A stretch of 64,000 nt of DNA from an uncultured delta proteobacterium (GTDB lineage Bacteria > Desulfobacterota > Binatia > HRBIN30 > BPIQ01). Each line of letters opens with the position of its first letter. Within the stretch, counting starts at the first letter, position 1. Below, in pieces: positions 19,338 through 29,119 of this stretch. A model generated the notes under the pieces. The model saw only the letters and a list, made by a program, of their open reading frames with translations. It was not told the DNA's origin and did no database searches. The position numbers and the translations under genes are program-made. Location: assembly GCA_963761335.1 (NCBI GenBank), contig CAVXGR010000013.1, forward strand, positions 192,001 through 256,000, given 5' to 3'.

Positions 19338-21983
19338 TCACTGCGCGGTGTACATGAATCGCCGGATCCGATTGTTCCCGGTGTCGGCGACAAAGGCTTC
19401 GCCTTCGCGGGAGACGGCGATGCCGCTGGGATTGTCGAGCTGCGCCTCGGTGGGCGCGATGCCGTCGCCGTTGAACCCGGCCACGCCGGTGCCGGCCACG
19501 GTGGTGACCGAGATGCCGAAGGGGTCGATGCGGCGGATGGCGTTGTTGCCGCTGTCCGCCACCCACACGGCGTGATCGAAGGTGGTGAACACGTCGGACG
19601 GATGGTTGAACATGGCATCGGCCGGCGCCCCGTCGAGGTAGCCCTGCTCGCCGTTGCCGGCCAGGGTGCGAATGCGGTCGGTGAACAGCTTGATCTCGCG
19701 CACGACGTTGTTGCCGGTGTCGGCGACGTAGAGCTCGTCGGGAATGAACTCCGAGCTGAGGCCGATGCCGAAGTTGGGCACCAGGGGCGTATCCAGATCG
19801 GCGGTGAACAGGGCGTCGGCCGGGCGGCCGCCATCGCCGGAGTAGCCCGCCTCGCCGGTGCCCGCCAGGGTGCTGAGCACCCCGTCGATCTTCACCTGGC
19901 GGAGCCGCTGGCAGCCCTGCTCGCTGAAGATGCGTGTGCCGTTGGGGAGCACCGCCACGCTGCGCGGTGAGGAGATGTTGGCGAGCAGTGGATCGGCCGG
20001 ATCATTGGTGCCGCAGCCCGGGCTGCCGGTGCCGGCCACCACCTCGCGGTCGCCGTTTGCCAGGTAGTGATAGACGTAGTGATCTCCCCAGCTGGCGACA
20101 TAGAAGGTACCGTCGCTGTCGAAGGCAACCCCGGTCGGGTACGGAAGTGCCCCCGGTCCCGAGGTCTCGCCGTTGCCGGCAATAGTGGTGATCACGCCGC
20201 TCACGGCGCTGATACTGCGAATGCGGTGGTTGCCGAAATCAACGATCACCAGCTCGCCGTGGGGGCCAACGGTGACGTCGAGCGGTTGATTCAGCTGGGC
20301 GCGCACCGCCGGGCCGCCGTCACCGCTGAAGCCGGCGATCCCGTTGCCGGCGATGGTGCTGATGCCGGCGCCGATCGGCGTCGGCGTCGGAGGTGTCGGC
20401 GTCGCCGGAGTGGGGCTCGACAGCGTCGGGGTGAGCGTCGGCGTGTGCGTCGGCGGCAGACTTCCGGTCACCGTCGGGGTCGGCGAATAAGTTGGAGTCG
20501 GGGTGACGTCGCTCAGGAACCCGGCGACCCGCCTCACGCGCTGGTTGAAGGTGTCGGCGATCCACATCGAGCCGTCGCCGGCGAACTTCAGGCCCGAGGG
20601 GCGGTTGAGCTTTGCTGCCGCCGCCGGCCCCTGATCGCCGGCGAAGCCGGAGACGCCGGTGCCGACCACGGTGGTGATCACGCCGTCGCCGTCGATGCGG
20701 CGGATGACGTTGTTGCCGGTGTCGGCGAGGTAGAGATTGCCGTCCGGTGCGAAGCGGAGATCGTAGGGGGCGTTCAGCTGAGCGCTCGACGCCGGACCGC
20801 CATCACCGCTGTAGCCGATGGTACCGGTGCCGGCATAGCTGGTGATGATACCGTCCTGGCCGACGCGGCGGATCTCGTGGTTGAGGGTGTCGCAGAAATA
20901 GAGGTTGCCGTCGCCGTCCAGCTGCAGCCGCGTCGGACTGTTCAGCTCCGCCGCCGTCGCCGGACCGCCGTCGCCGCTGAAGCCGCGCGTCCCGTTTCCG
21001 GCAACCGTGGTGATGATTCCGCTCGCGTTGACGTAGCGGATCACGTTGGCGTCGACGTCGGCGATGTAGAAGCCGCCCGACGGGTCGGGCAGCACGCCGA
21101 ACGGCGAGCTGAGCTCGGCCTGCAGCGCCGGACCGCCATCGCCCGAGTAGCCGTAGTTGATCCCTCCGGCGATGGTGAAGACATGCTCGTCGGTGTTGAC
21201 GCGGAAGACGACCGGGACGTGGTTGCCGGCGACGTACAGCCTCCCCTGGGTGTCGAACTCGATGTCGCTGGCGTGGTGCAGGGGCGTGTCCTGTTCCAGG
21301 GCACCGTCCGTCGGAAAGTCCTCGAAGCCGACGCCCATGACCGTCTGCACCGTGCCGTCGTCGTTGATCCGCCGCACTCGGAGATTGTTCCAGTCGATGA
21401 TCAGCGGCCGGCCCTGCGAGTCGAACTCCATCCCCAGGGGATAGTAGAAGGACGTCTGCAGTGCCGGTCGGCCGTCGCCGTCGAAGACCGACATGCCCGT
21501 ACCGGCCACGGTGCAGATTACCCCTTGCCGATCGCAAGGGTCGACCGCCGTCGGCACGACCGTCGGTGTCGGCGTGTAGGTGATCACATCGCCCGGCGAC
21601 ATCGTTGCCGTGCTCGTCACCGTCGGCGTCGGGCTCGGGGAGGGGAGAGGAGTAAACGTGGCGGTGGTCGGCGTCGGGGTGGGAAACGTCCGCACCGGCG
21701 TCGCCGTGATCGCCGCCGTCGCCGAGGCGGTCTCGCTCGCGGGCGGAGTGGCGGTGAGCGACGGGAGCGTCGCCGTGCTGCTGGGCGATGGAGTCGCCGA
21801 GCGGCTCGCCGCGGCGGTTGCGGTCGGAGACGGAGCGACGCCGGAGGTGGGCGACGGGGAGACGGCGACGGCGGCACTGCCGCCGCCGCCGGAACAACCC
21901 GCCATGACGGAAAAGAAAAAGGGAACGAGCGCCCGCCAGAACGCCGGGCGAAGCTGGGGGGCGCGACGCGGCGCGATCGACAT
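19338..21983 (-). CDS. NHL-repeat beta-propeller lipoprotein (two propeller blocks, Thr/Pro linkers)
   Basis: Lipobox MAGC; repeated T-AG-G--GFSGDGGPA--AQLN-P ... LY-AD-GN--IR units. Confidence 0.88.
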   Translation of the reverse strand: MSIAPRRAPQLRPAFWRALVPFFFSVMAGCSGGGGSAAVAVSPSPTSGVAPSPTATAAASRSATPSPSSTATLPSLTATPPASETASATAAITATPVRTFPTPTPTTATFTPLPSPSPTPTVTSTATMSPGDVITYTPTPTVVPTAVDPCDRQGVICTVAGTGMSVFDGDGRPALQTSFYYPLGMEFDSQGRPLIIDWNNLRVRRINDDGTVQTVMGVGFEDFPTDGALEQDTPLHHASDIEFDTQGRLYVAGNHVPVVFRVNTDEHVFTIAGGINYGYSGDGGPALQAELSSPFGVLPDPSGGFYIADVDANVIRYVNASGIITTVAGNGTRGFSGDGGPATAAELNSPTRLQLDGDGNLYFCDTLNHEIRRVGQDGIITSYAGTGTIGYSGDGGPASSAQLNAPYDLRFAPDGNLYLADTGNNVIRRIDGDGVITTVVGTGVSGFAGDQGPAAAAKLNRPSGLKFAGDGSMWIADTFNQRVRRVAGFLSDVTPTPTYSPTPTVTGSLPPTHTPTLTPTLSSPTPATPTPPTPTPIGAGISTIAGNGIAGFSGDGGPAVRAQLNQPLDVTVGPHGELVIVDFGNHRIRSISAVSGVITTIAGNGETSGPGALPYPTGVAFDSDGTFYVASWGDHYVYHYLANGDREVVAGTGSPGCGTNDPADPLLANISSPRSVAVLPNGTRIFSEQGCQRLRQVKIDGVLSTLAGTGEAGYSGDGGRPADALFTADLDTPLVPNFGIGLSSEFIPDELYVADTGNNVVREIKLFTDRIRTLAGNGEQGYLDGAPADAMFNHPSDVFTTFDHAVWVADSGNNAIRRIDPFGISVTTVAGTGVAGFNGDGIAPTEAQLDNPSGIAVSREGEAFVADTGNNRIRRFMYTAQ

Positions 21984-21985
21984 CT

Positions 21986-24900
21986 TCAGTTGTTCGGCGC
22001 TCCTTCCATGATCCAGGTGCGCACCAGCTCGATCTGGGCCGGCGTCAGCGGATCGAGGCCATTGGGCATGCGCACGCCGTTGCGCGGCATGTCATTGCTG
22101 ATCTTCTCGATCAGATAGCTGGCATCGGGGTTGCCGGCCTGGATCGGGCATATTCCGTAGAAGCTGGCCTCGTCGCCGGGAGTGAAGCTGGAGGCGAAGC
22201 TGCTCAGATCGAAGCCCGACGAGTTCAAGCCGCCGCCGTGACAGCCGAGGGTGGTGCATCCCACCTGATCGAACAGCGGCGCGATGTCGTTCTGATAGCT
22301 GACGGTGGCGTTCGGATTGGACCCGCCCGGAGCGCACGGATCGGCGTCGACGATCTGCGTGCCGACCGTCTCCGAGCCGCCGTAGGCGAGAATGCCGTGC
22401 TTCAGGCCGGCGACCAGGTCGCCGCCCACGGCCCACAGGCCGCCCTCGGAATCACCCCAGGCGGCATGGAAGTCATAGAGCGTGTTCACCGGAGGATCCT
22501 GTAGCGTCCATCCGCTGGAATCGCGGAAGGCCACCGAGCCCTCGTTGCCGGCGGCGATGGCAGTGCCGTCGGTGCGGACGAAGACGCCGTTCATCTGCGG
22601 CGTCCCTGCCGGGGCGCGATCGACGAACGAGGTGCCGTCGAGCTCGAGAATGGATCCGGTCAAGAAGCCGCCGGTCGAGATCACCTCGGTGGCATTGCCG
22701 GAGATGGTGAACAGCGGCAGCTCGGCGGAGGAGTTGAGAACATTCCAGGACGTCCCGTCCCAATGGAGGATGATCCCCAGCCGCCCGGAGGCCCAGACGT
22801 CGTTCTGGTTGCGTCCCCACACCTTGAAGAGCGTCGGGATGCCCTCGGCACGCACCCCGGAGAGATCCTGCGCCGTCCACTCGGTGCCGTCGTAATGCCA
22901 CACCACACCGCCCGTGCTGTCGTTCGCGGGATCGCCACCGACGGCCCACAGATCGCTGGCGCTGTCGCCCCAGATTCCGTACAGCAGCGGCGTCCCGGGT
23001 GTCGTCTGGCGCTCGAAGACGCGCGTGGCGGGATCGTAGCGGAGGATCATGCCGTTCTCGCCGGCCATGTAGAACGAGCCGTCGATGGGCGTGATGGTGA
23101 TCCACCACAGGTTGCCGCTCTGTCCGGTCAGCAGCCGCTCCCAATTGATGCCGTTGTAGTGGAGCACCATCGGTCCGGTGCCGTCACCGGGATCGGCGCC
23201 GACGGCATACATGTCATGCGACGACTTCCCCGAGATCGACAGCAGCGCCGCCGGCAGCTCCTGGAGAACCAGACTGAGCGGCGGATTCTTCACCGTGTCG
23301 TTGACGGTGCACATGTGGTCGCGCGCCAGGCATTCGGGAGCCACGTGGCAGCCGATGCAGGTCGCCTTGGTGTTGTAGAGAACCTGTCGCTCGGCGTTGA
23401 GATGCTGCCAGTGCCAGTCCCCGTCCTGCGGGTCGTAACCCGGGTCTTCCTTGCGCATGACGCGCCAGCCGATCAGGTCGGCATCGTTGTCGCAGCTCGG
23501 ACCCGCGTATTCCTCCTTGATGACGATGCTGCCCACGGGCAGCGGGTTGGCATCGTTCAAGTAGGGATCCGCGGCGATGGGATTCGCCAGCACGCGCACG
23601 CTGACGCCGCCGTGAGCGATGCTGAAGCGACAGTTGCGCACCTCGGTGAACGTCGCGCGGTAGTCGGCGGGGAAGATCGGCTCGGCGATGGTCTTGGTGT
23701 CGGTGAGCTTGACGCGCCGGATGCGGCTGTTGAACGTATCGGCGATGTAGAGATCGCCGTTCTGATCGAAGGCGACGCCGAATGGGCGGAGAAGCTGAGC
23801 GTCCTTTGCCATGCCGCCGTCACCGCTGTAGCCGCCGACGCCGGTGCCGGCAATCGTGCTGATGATGCCGGTCTGCATGTCGATCATGCGTACGCGGTGA
23901 TTGTCGGTGTCGGCGAAGTACAGGTTCCCGTCCGGGCCGACCTCGAGGTCCTCGGGATAGTAGATCTCGGCGTCCTTGGCGGGGCCGCCATCGCCGCTGA
24001 AGCCCCCCGTGCCGTCTCCGGCGATGGTGGTCACCACGCCTTCGGTGAAGTCGGCGTTGGAGAAATCGACGCGGCGGATGCGGTTGTTGTTGGAATCTGA
24101 GAAGTAGAGGGTGCCGTTGGCGTCGACGGCGATGCCGCCGCTCGGCTCGGGGTTGCCGCCGGCAGGGAAGTTCAACATCGTCTGCAGTGCCACGCCGTCG
24201 CCGTTGAAGCCCTGCACACCCGTGCCGACCACGGTCTGAATGATCGCCTGCTCGCGCTGGTTGGCGAAGTCGTAGAGAACGCGGATGCGCTGGTTGCGCT
24301 GGTCGATGAAGAAGAGGTTGCCGTGCGAGTCGAGCGCGCCGTGCGGCGGCTGGTTCACCAGAGCCTGCTTCGCCGGACCACCGTCGCCGCGGAAGCCGGC
24401 GCCGGCGCCGGCCATCACTCGCACCAGCCCGGTGTCGGGATAGTACATGCGGATCTTGTGGTTGTGCCATGCCATGAGCGCCAGGTCGCCGTTGGGAAGC
24501 TCCTGCACGTCGGTGGGGTGATTCAGGTTCACGGTGGTTCCCGGCGCGCCGGGGGCAGTCTGATCGCTCAGATCGTCGGGACCATCGCCGATGAAGTCGG
24601 TGCCGATCACGGTCTTGAAGGTCTGATCCGGCATCAGCTGGCGGACCTTGTGATTGTTCCAGTCGACCACATAGGTGCGGCCGGAGGCGGCAAACTCGAT
24701 ATCGAACGGCCAGTACATCGCCGTCTGCAGCCGGTGCAGCCCGTCGCCGTTGAAGCCCTCCTCGCCGTCGCCGGCGAACGTGCAGATGCTGCCCACCTGG
24801 TCGGTGCAGGGGATCACGTCGACCTGGGTGGTGCCGCCGCCGGCGTTCGGATCGTAGTCCGAAGGAAGCGTCGGCGTGAGCCGGCGAATGCGCTGGTTGT

Positions 24901-26323
24901 GGGTATCGGCGATGTAGACGCTGCCGTCCGGACCGACGGCGACGCCGTAGGGCCGATCGAGCTTCGCCTGGTCGGCGGCACCGCCGTCGCCGCTGAAGCC
25001 GCGCTCCCCGGTGCCGGCGACCGTGTGGATGATGCCGTCCGGAGTCACACTGCGGATGACCTGGTTGAAGGTGTCGGCGATGTAGATCGTGCCATCCGGC
25101 GCCACGGCCACGTCGCTCGGGCTGTTCAGCTGCGCCGCCGTCGCCGGCCCGCCGTCGCCGCTGTAGCCCTGCGTGCCGTTGCCGACGATGGTGCTGATGA
25201 AGCCGTTGACGTCGAGCAGACGGATGACGTTGTTGCCGGTATCGGCGATGTAGATGCGGTTGTGGCTGTCGATGGCAATGCGCCCGACCGGGGGCGCGGC
25301 CTGTCCGACCGGAGAGTTCAGCTGCGCGTCCTCGCCGCGGCCGCCATCGCCGCTGTAGCCCTGCGTGCCGTTGCCGCAGATGGTGTGGATGACGCCGTTC
25401 GGCTCGAGCAGCCGGATACGGAAGTTGGCTTGGTCGGAGACGATGATGTCGCCGTTGGTGTCGACCACGACGGAGCTGGGCAGATCGAGAATGGCCGCGT
25501 TCCCCGGCCCTTCGTCGCCGCCGAAAGAGCGCCCGCCGGTGCCGATGAGGTTCTCCATGATACCGGTGGTGAGATCGATGCGCTTGACCTCGCTGTTGTG
25601 CCAGGCGGCGATGATCATCCGGCCCTGGGCATCGAAAGTGATGCCGACCGGATGGTTGAACTGCGCCTCCAGCGCCAGCCCATCGTGGGCCGAGCCGAGC
25701 TCGCCGGTGCCGGCGATGGTCTCGACGACACCGTCCTTGATGCGGCGGATGCGGTGGTTGTTCCAGTCGGAGAAGTAGAGCAGGCCGTCGGGACCGATGG
25801 TCATGTCCTGCGGCAGGTAGAGAGCCGTCTTCTGCCCCGCCAGGCCGTCACCGTTGAGACCGGCGACGCCATTGCCGACGATCGTGGTGATGATGCGCGC
25901 GCTCCCCGCCGGCGTTTCCGCGGGCGTCTCGCTGCTGGTCGGCAGCGGCGAAGCGGTTTCCGTCGAGGCCGGTGTTTCGGTAGCCGTCGCCGTCGCGGTG
26001 GTCGTCGGTGTGGCACTCGTCGTCGGCGGATTCGCCGTGGTCGTCGCACTCGGTTCCGGCGCCGTGGCGGTAGCCTCCGGCGTCGCGGTATCGATGGGTG
26101 TCGAGGTCGCGGGAACTGGCGTCGCAGTCGCCGGCACCGCCGTCGCCGTATTCGAAGCTGTGCGCGTCGCGCTGGTTACCGGGGAGACGGTCGGCGTGGA
26201 TGGCGCGACCGAGGTCGGCGTCGCCGTAGAGATGGGCACCGGGTTTTTCGCGTCGCATCCGGCGACGACGGCGCATAGAGCGACAGCCAGCAACAGCGCG
26301 AGACAGCGACTTCCGAGTTGCAT
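21986..26323 (-). CDS. Large lipoprotein: NHL repeats + cytochrome P460-family domain + WG-type propeller + C-terminal c-type cytochrome domain
   Basis: Lipobox VAGC; NHL repeats; LPVGSIVIKEE..VMRKEDPGYDPQDGDWHW..CIGCH; LxxIWG..DxWAVG repeats; VSYQNDIAPLF..CTTLGCH..AGNPDASYL..RMP..LVRTWIMEGA. Confidence 0.85.
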   Translation of the reverse strand: MQLGSRCLALLLAVALCAVVAGCDAKNPVPISTATPTSVAPSTPTVSPVTSATRTASNTATAVPATATPVPATSTPIDTATPEATATAPEPSATTTANPPTTSATPTTTATATATETPASTETASPLPTSSETPAETPAGSARIITTIVGNGVAGLNGDGLAGQKTALYLPQDMTIGPDGLLYFSDWNNHRIRRIKDGVVETIAGTGELGSAHDGLALEAQFNHPVGITFDAQGRMIIAAWHNSEVKRIDLTTGIMENLIGTGGRSFGGDEGPGNAAILDLPSSVVVDTNGDIIVSDQANFRIRLLEPNGVIHTICGNGTQGYSGDGGRGEDAQLNSPVGQAAPPVGRIAIDSHNRIYIADTGNNVIRLLDVNGFISTIVGNGTQGYSGDGGPATAAQLNSPSDVAVAPDGTIYIADTFNQVIRSVTPDGIIHTVAGTGERGFSGDGGAADQAKLDRPYGVAVGPDGSVYIADTHNQRIRRLTPTLPSDYDPNAGGGTTQVDVIPCTDQVGSICTFAGDGEEGFNGDGLHRLQTAMYWPFDIEFAASGRTYVVDWNNHKVRQLMPDQTFKTVIGTDFIGDGPDDLSDQTAPGAPGTTVNLNHPTDVQELPNGDLALMAWHNHKIRMYYPDTGLVRVMAGAGAGFRGDGGPAKQALVNQPPHGALDSHGNLFFIDQRNQRIRVLYDFANQREQAIIQTVVGTGVQGFNGDGVALQTMLNFPAGGNPEPSGGIAVDANGTLYFSDSNNNRIRRVDFSNADFTEGVVTTIAGDGTGGFSGDGGPAKDAEIYYPEDLEVGPDGNLYFADTDNHRVRMIDMQTGIISTIAGTGVGGYSGDGGMAKDAQLLRPFGVAFDQNGDLYIADTFNSRIRRVKLTDTKTIAEPIFPADYRATFTEVRNCRFSIAHGGVSVRVLANPIAADPYLNDANPLPVGSIVIKEEYAGPSCDNDADLIGWRVMRKEDPGYDPQDGDWHWQHLNAERQVLYNTKATCIGCHVAPECLARDHMCTVNDTVKNPPLSLVLQELPAALLSISGKSSHDMYAVGADPGDGTGPMVLHYNGINWERLLTGQSGNLWWITITPIDGSFYMAGENGMILRYDPATRVFERQTTPGTPLLYGIWGDSASDLWAVGGDPANDSTGGVVWHYDGTEWTAQDLSGVRAEGIPTLFKVWGRNQNDVWASGRLGIILHWDGTSWNVLNSSAELPLFTISGNATEVISTGGFLTGSILELDGTSFVDRAPAGTPQMNGVFVRTDGTAIAAGNEGSVAFRDSSGWTLQDPPVNTLYDFHAAWGDSEGGLWAVGGDLVAGLKHGILAYGGSETVGTQIVDADPCAPGGSNPNATVSYQNDIAPLFDQVGCTTLGCHGGGLNSSGFDLSSFASSFTPGDEASFYGICPIQAGNPDASYLIEKISNDMPRNGVRMPNGLDPLTPAQIELVRTWIMEGAPNN

Positions 26324-26564
26324 CTTCAAAACCTCCTGTGTTTCAGCTCCGTCGACTTGGGACGAAACGGTTGCTGAATGATACCCGGCGTCCGGCCAGA
26401 GAGGCCTCGGCAAGGCGACCGATCGCGGAGGCGGTCGCACGAGGCTCCGGCGGCGGAAGGTGAAGTTCCTGCACGATCGTGATGCGCTCAGGCCCGAATT
26501 AAGCTCAGAACTCTACTGCCCGCGAGGGCGATTTGCAAGCTGTGAAGCAAAACCGGCGGCCGCA

Positions 26565-27242
26565 TTACGCCAACAAAGTGGCGACCAGGCCGGAGAGAAC
26601 GATGCCGTCAAAGGTGCCGGCGCCACCGATGCTGGCGACGCCGGCGGCGATGCGGCGCACGTCGCCCATGTGCAGCAGATCGGCGCCGATGAGCGGGCCA
26701 AGCACTCCGGAGACGAAGGCGACGATGGGAGCTTCCGGCGGCAGAAAGGTCAGGCCGCAGAGGGCGGCGACCGCTGCCGGAACCAGCGCCGGCATGGCGA
26801 TACCGACCCCGGGCACCGGTCGCGCCAGCCAGTAGCAAACCGCGATGTTGACCGCGGCTGCCGCGAGCACCGCAAACAGAGCCACACTGCCCGCCTCCGC
26901 CAGGCGCGCGATCTCGTAGGCGGCGATCAGCGACGGGATGATGCAGCCGCCGACATTGACGGCGATCACCGTGTACGAGCGGCGCTGGACCCACTGCGGA
27001 ACCATCCGCCCGATGCCGTACAGCGGAAACGGCGAGACGTCGATCAGCTGATCGCGCGGAATGCGCTTGACGGGGATGTTGATGGCCCCGCCGATGAGAA
27101 TTCCGAACGCCGCCAGCATCGAGGCCTGCGGGCTGAGACCGAGCTTGGCCATGGCCGCCAGCACGACGTTCGCCAGGAGAAGCGGGAAGAAGAGAAGCAG
27201 GGCGAGGATTAAAATGAGGCCGAGACACCCGGGCGCCATCAT
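26565..27242 (-). CDS. DUF1614-family membrane protein
   Basis: GGAINIPV, IAVNVGGCIIP, ARPVPGVGIAMP, GVLGPLIGADL, SIGGAGTFDGI. Confidence 0.88.
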   Translation of the reverse strand: MMAPGCLGLILILALLLFFPLLLANVVLAAMAKLGLSPQASMLAAFGILIGGAINIPVKRIPRDQLIDVSPFPLYGIGRMVPQWVQRRSYTVIAVNVGGCIIPSLIAAYEIARLAEAGSVALFAVLAAAAVNIAVCYWLARPVPGVGIAMPALVPAAVAALCGLTFLPPEAPIVAFVSGVLGPLIGADLLHMGDVRRIAAGVASIGGAGTFDGIVLSGLVATLLA

Positions 27243-27283
27243 GCGCGCAGTTAATAGCAATCGGTCATACGCGACAAGACGCG

Positions 27284-27402
27284 GTGCTGAGGTGTTGGTT
27301 GTTGGGTGTTGGGGAAAGACGAAGCGCCGGTCGTGGACTGTCCCCGACCCCACGACTCACTCGCCGCTCCCTAACCTCGAACACCTCAACACCCAACAAC
27401 CC
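27284..27402. repeat. Inverted array of 7-8-nt (GGTGTT/AACACC) repeats between divergent genes
   Basis: gtgctgaggtgttggttgttgggtgttgggg ... ctaacctcgaacacctcaacacccaacaaccc. Confidence 0.7.
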
Positions 27403-27444
27403 GCCCTCTTGAACTGCGCCGCGGCAGACCGCATCTATTTCGGC

Positions 27445-28377
27445 ATGGAGGCACGCTTCGATGCCATCGTTTTTGCCGGCGGCGGCTGTCGCTGTCTTTG
27501 GCAGGCGGGATTCTGGGAGACCGCTTCGCCGGCGCTGGCGCCACTGCCGCAGTCGGTGGCGGCGGTCAGCGCCGGCGCCGCCATGGCCTGCATGGTGATC
27601 GGCGGCGCCACCGCCGCCGGGGTTGCCGAGTTCAAGCGGCGCGTCTCCCTCAACCGCCGCAACGCCTACCCGTGGAACGTATTCCACGACGAGCCGGTCT
27701 TCCCCCATGCCCGCCTGTACCGCGAGGCGATGCTGGAGATCGCCGACGACAGATTCCTGGCGCGCCTGCACGCGGGCCCGGAGATCCGCATCGCCGTGGC
27801 CCGGCCGCCGCTGTGGCTCGGACACCGCACCGCCATGCTCGCCGCCTTCGCCGCCTATCAGGTGGAGAAGATGCGCGGCGATCCGGTCCACGCCACCGTG
27901 GCGCGGCGCCTGGGCTTTCTCGCCGAGTCGGTCTCCGTGCGCGACTGCCGCAGTCCCGCCGAGCTCGCCGACCTGATCCTGCACTCGTCGTGCACGCCGC
28001 CCTTCACGCCCTTCTTCCGCCGCGCGGGGCGTCCGGTCCTCGACGGCGGGCTGGTGGACAACGCCCCGATCGGTGCCGTCCCGCCGCAGGCCCGCTCTGT
28101 CCTCGTTCTCCTCACCCGGCCCTTCCCCGAGGCGCTCCTGCCAAAGGTTGCCGGCCGCACCTACGTCAAGCCCTCGGCCCCCATCCCCGTCTACAAATGG
28201 GATTACACCAGCCCCTCGGGGCTGCAGGCCGCCTTCGATCTCGGCCGCCGCGACGGCGAGAGCTTCGCCCGCGCCGCTCAGGCGGCGGCCCGGTCGCCGG
28301 ATGAGTCGCGATGGTCGCCGCCAGGCAGCTCGTCGACCGACACGCGCCGCCGCGCCACGCCATCGAAGGTGTCGTGA
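27445..28377 (+). CDS. Patatin-like phospholipase
   Basis: FAGGGCRC oxyanion loop, AVSAG nucleophile, LDGG catalytic Asp. Confidence 0.85.
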   Translation: MEARFDAIVFAGGGCRCLWQAGFWETASPALAPLPQSVAAVSAGAAMACMVIGGATAAGVAEFKRRVSLNRRNAYPWNVFHDEPVFPHARLYREAMLEIADDRFLARLHAGPEIRIAVARPPLWLGHRTAMLAAFAAYQVEKMRGDPVHATVARRLGFLAESVSVRDCRSPAELADLILHSSCTPPFTPFFRRAGRPVLDGGLVDNAPIGAVPPQARSVLVLLTRPFPEALLPKVAGRTYVKPSAPIPVYKWDYTSPSGLQAAFDLGRRDGESFARAAQAAARSPDESRWSPPGSSSTDTRRRATPSKVS

Positions 28378-29117
28378 TAGGCTGGGTGGTTGGTGCCCAT
28401 CAGCGTGTCCCAGTAGTTGAACCAGTTTCCGTAGTTACAGGCGACGTGGCGATGGTGCATGTTGTGGTGCGTCGAGGTGTTGATCCATCCGAAGACGGGA
28501 TGCCGGGTGAAGCCGCGCGGGTAGAACTCGTAGCCGGCGTGCGCCAGGATGCCGATGCCGAACATGTAGAGACCGGCTGCGGCGAGCGCCAAGGGATGGA
28601 TGGGAACGTAGACCAGGAAGAGAATGAAGTAGATGTTCCCCATGAAGGTCTCGCCCGGATGCTGCGCAAAGGCGGCAAAGGCGGTCGGATTCGAGACGCG
28701 GTGGTGGACCGAGTGCACGTGGCGGAAGAGCCAGGGAGTGTGCAGCCAGCGGTGCTGCCAATAGATCCAGGTGTCGTAGCCGGCGATGCACAGCAGCACG
28801 GAGAGGGCGAAGTACCACCAGCTGTGATCGGCGAGCCCGAAGTACATGCTCGTGTGGCCGTCGCGGATGAGCCGGTAGATCAGAACCGTCGCCAGCCCGG
28901 AGCAGGCGGTGTTGGCGATCGACCAGCGGATCTCGTAGCCGATCTGCCGATGCGGCGGGAATGCCGGCTGGATCCGATAGCCGAGCCATCTCTGCCTGAA
29001 GCCGACGTGGAAGACCCAGTAGAGCACCCCGGTCACGGTGAAGTAGCGCAGGAAGAAGCCGACGCAGTAGCCGATATAGCCGCGCAGGCTCGGGTCGAAG
29101 AGGCTGTTGGCGTCCAT
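28278..29117 (-). CDS. Sterol desaturase / fatty-acid hydroxylase family membrane di-iron enzyme
   Basis: His boxes YWQHRWLH, HSVHH, LAH, HHNMHH; NYG..WDTLMGT. Confidence 0.92.
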   Translation of the reverse strand: MDANSLFDPSLRGYIGYCVGFFLRYFTVTGVLYWVFHVGFRQRWLGYRIQPAFPPHRQIGYEIRWSIANTACSGLATVLIYRLIRDGHTSMYFGLADHSWWYFALSVLLCIAGYDTWIYWQHRWLHTPWLFRHVHSVHHRVSNPTAFAAFAQHPGETFMGNIYFILFLVYVPIHPLALAAAGLYMFGIGILAHAGYEFYPRGFTRHPVFGWINTSTHHNMHHRHVACNYGNWFNYWDTLMGTNHPAYHDTFDGVARRRVSVDELPGGDHRDSSGDRAAA

Positions 29118-29119
29118 AA

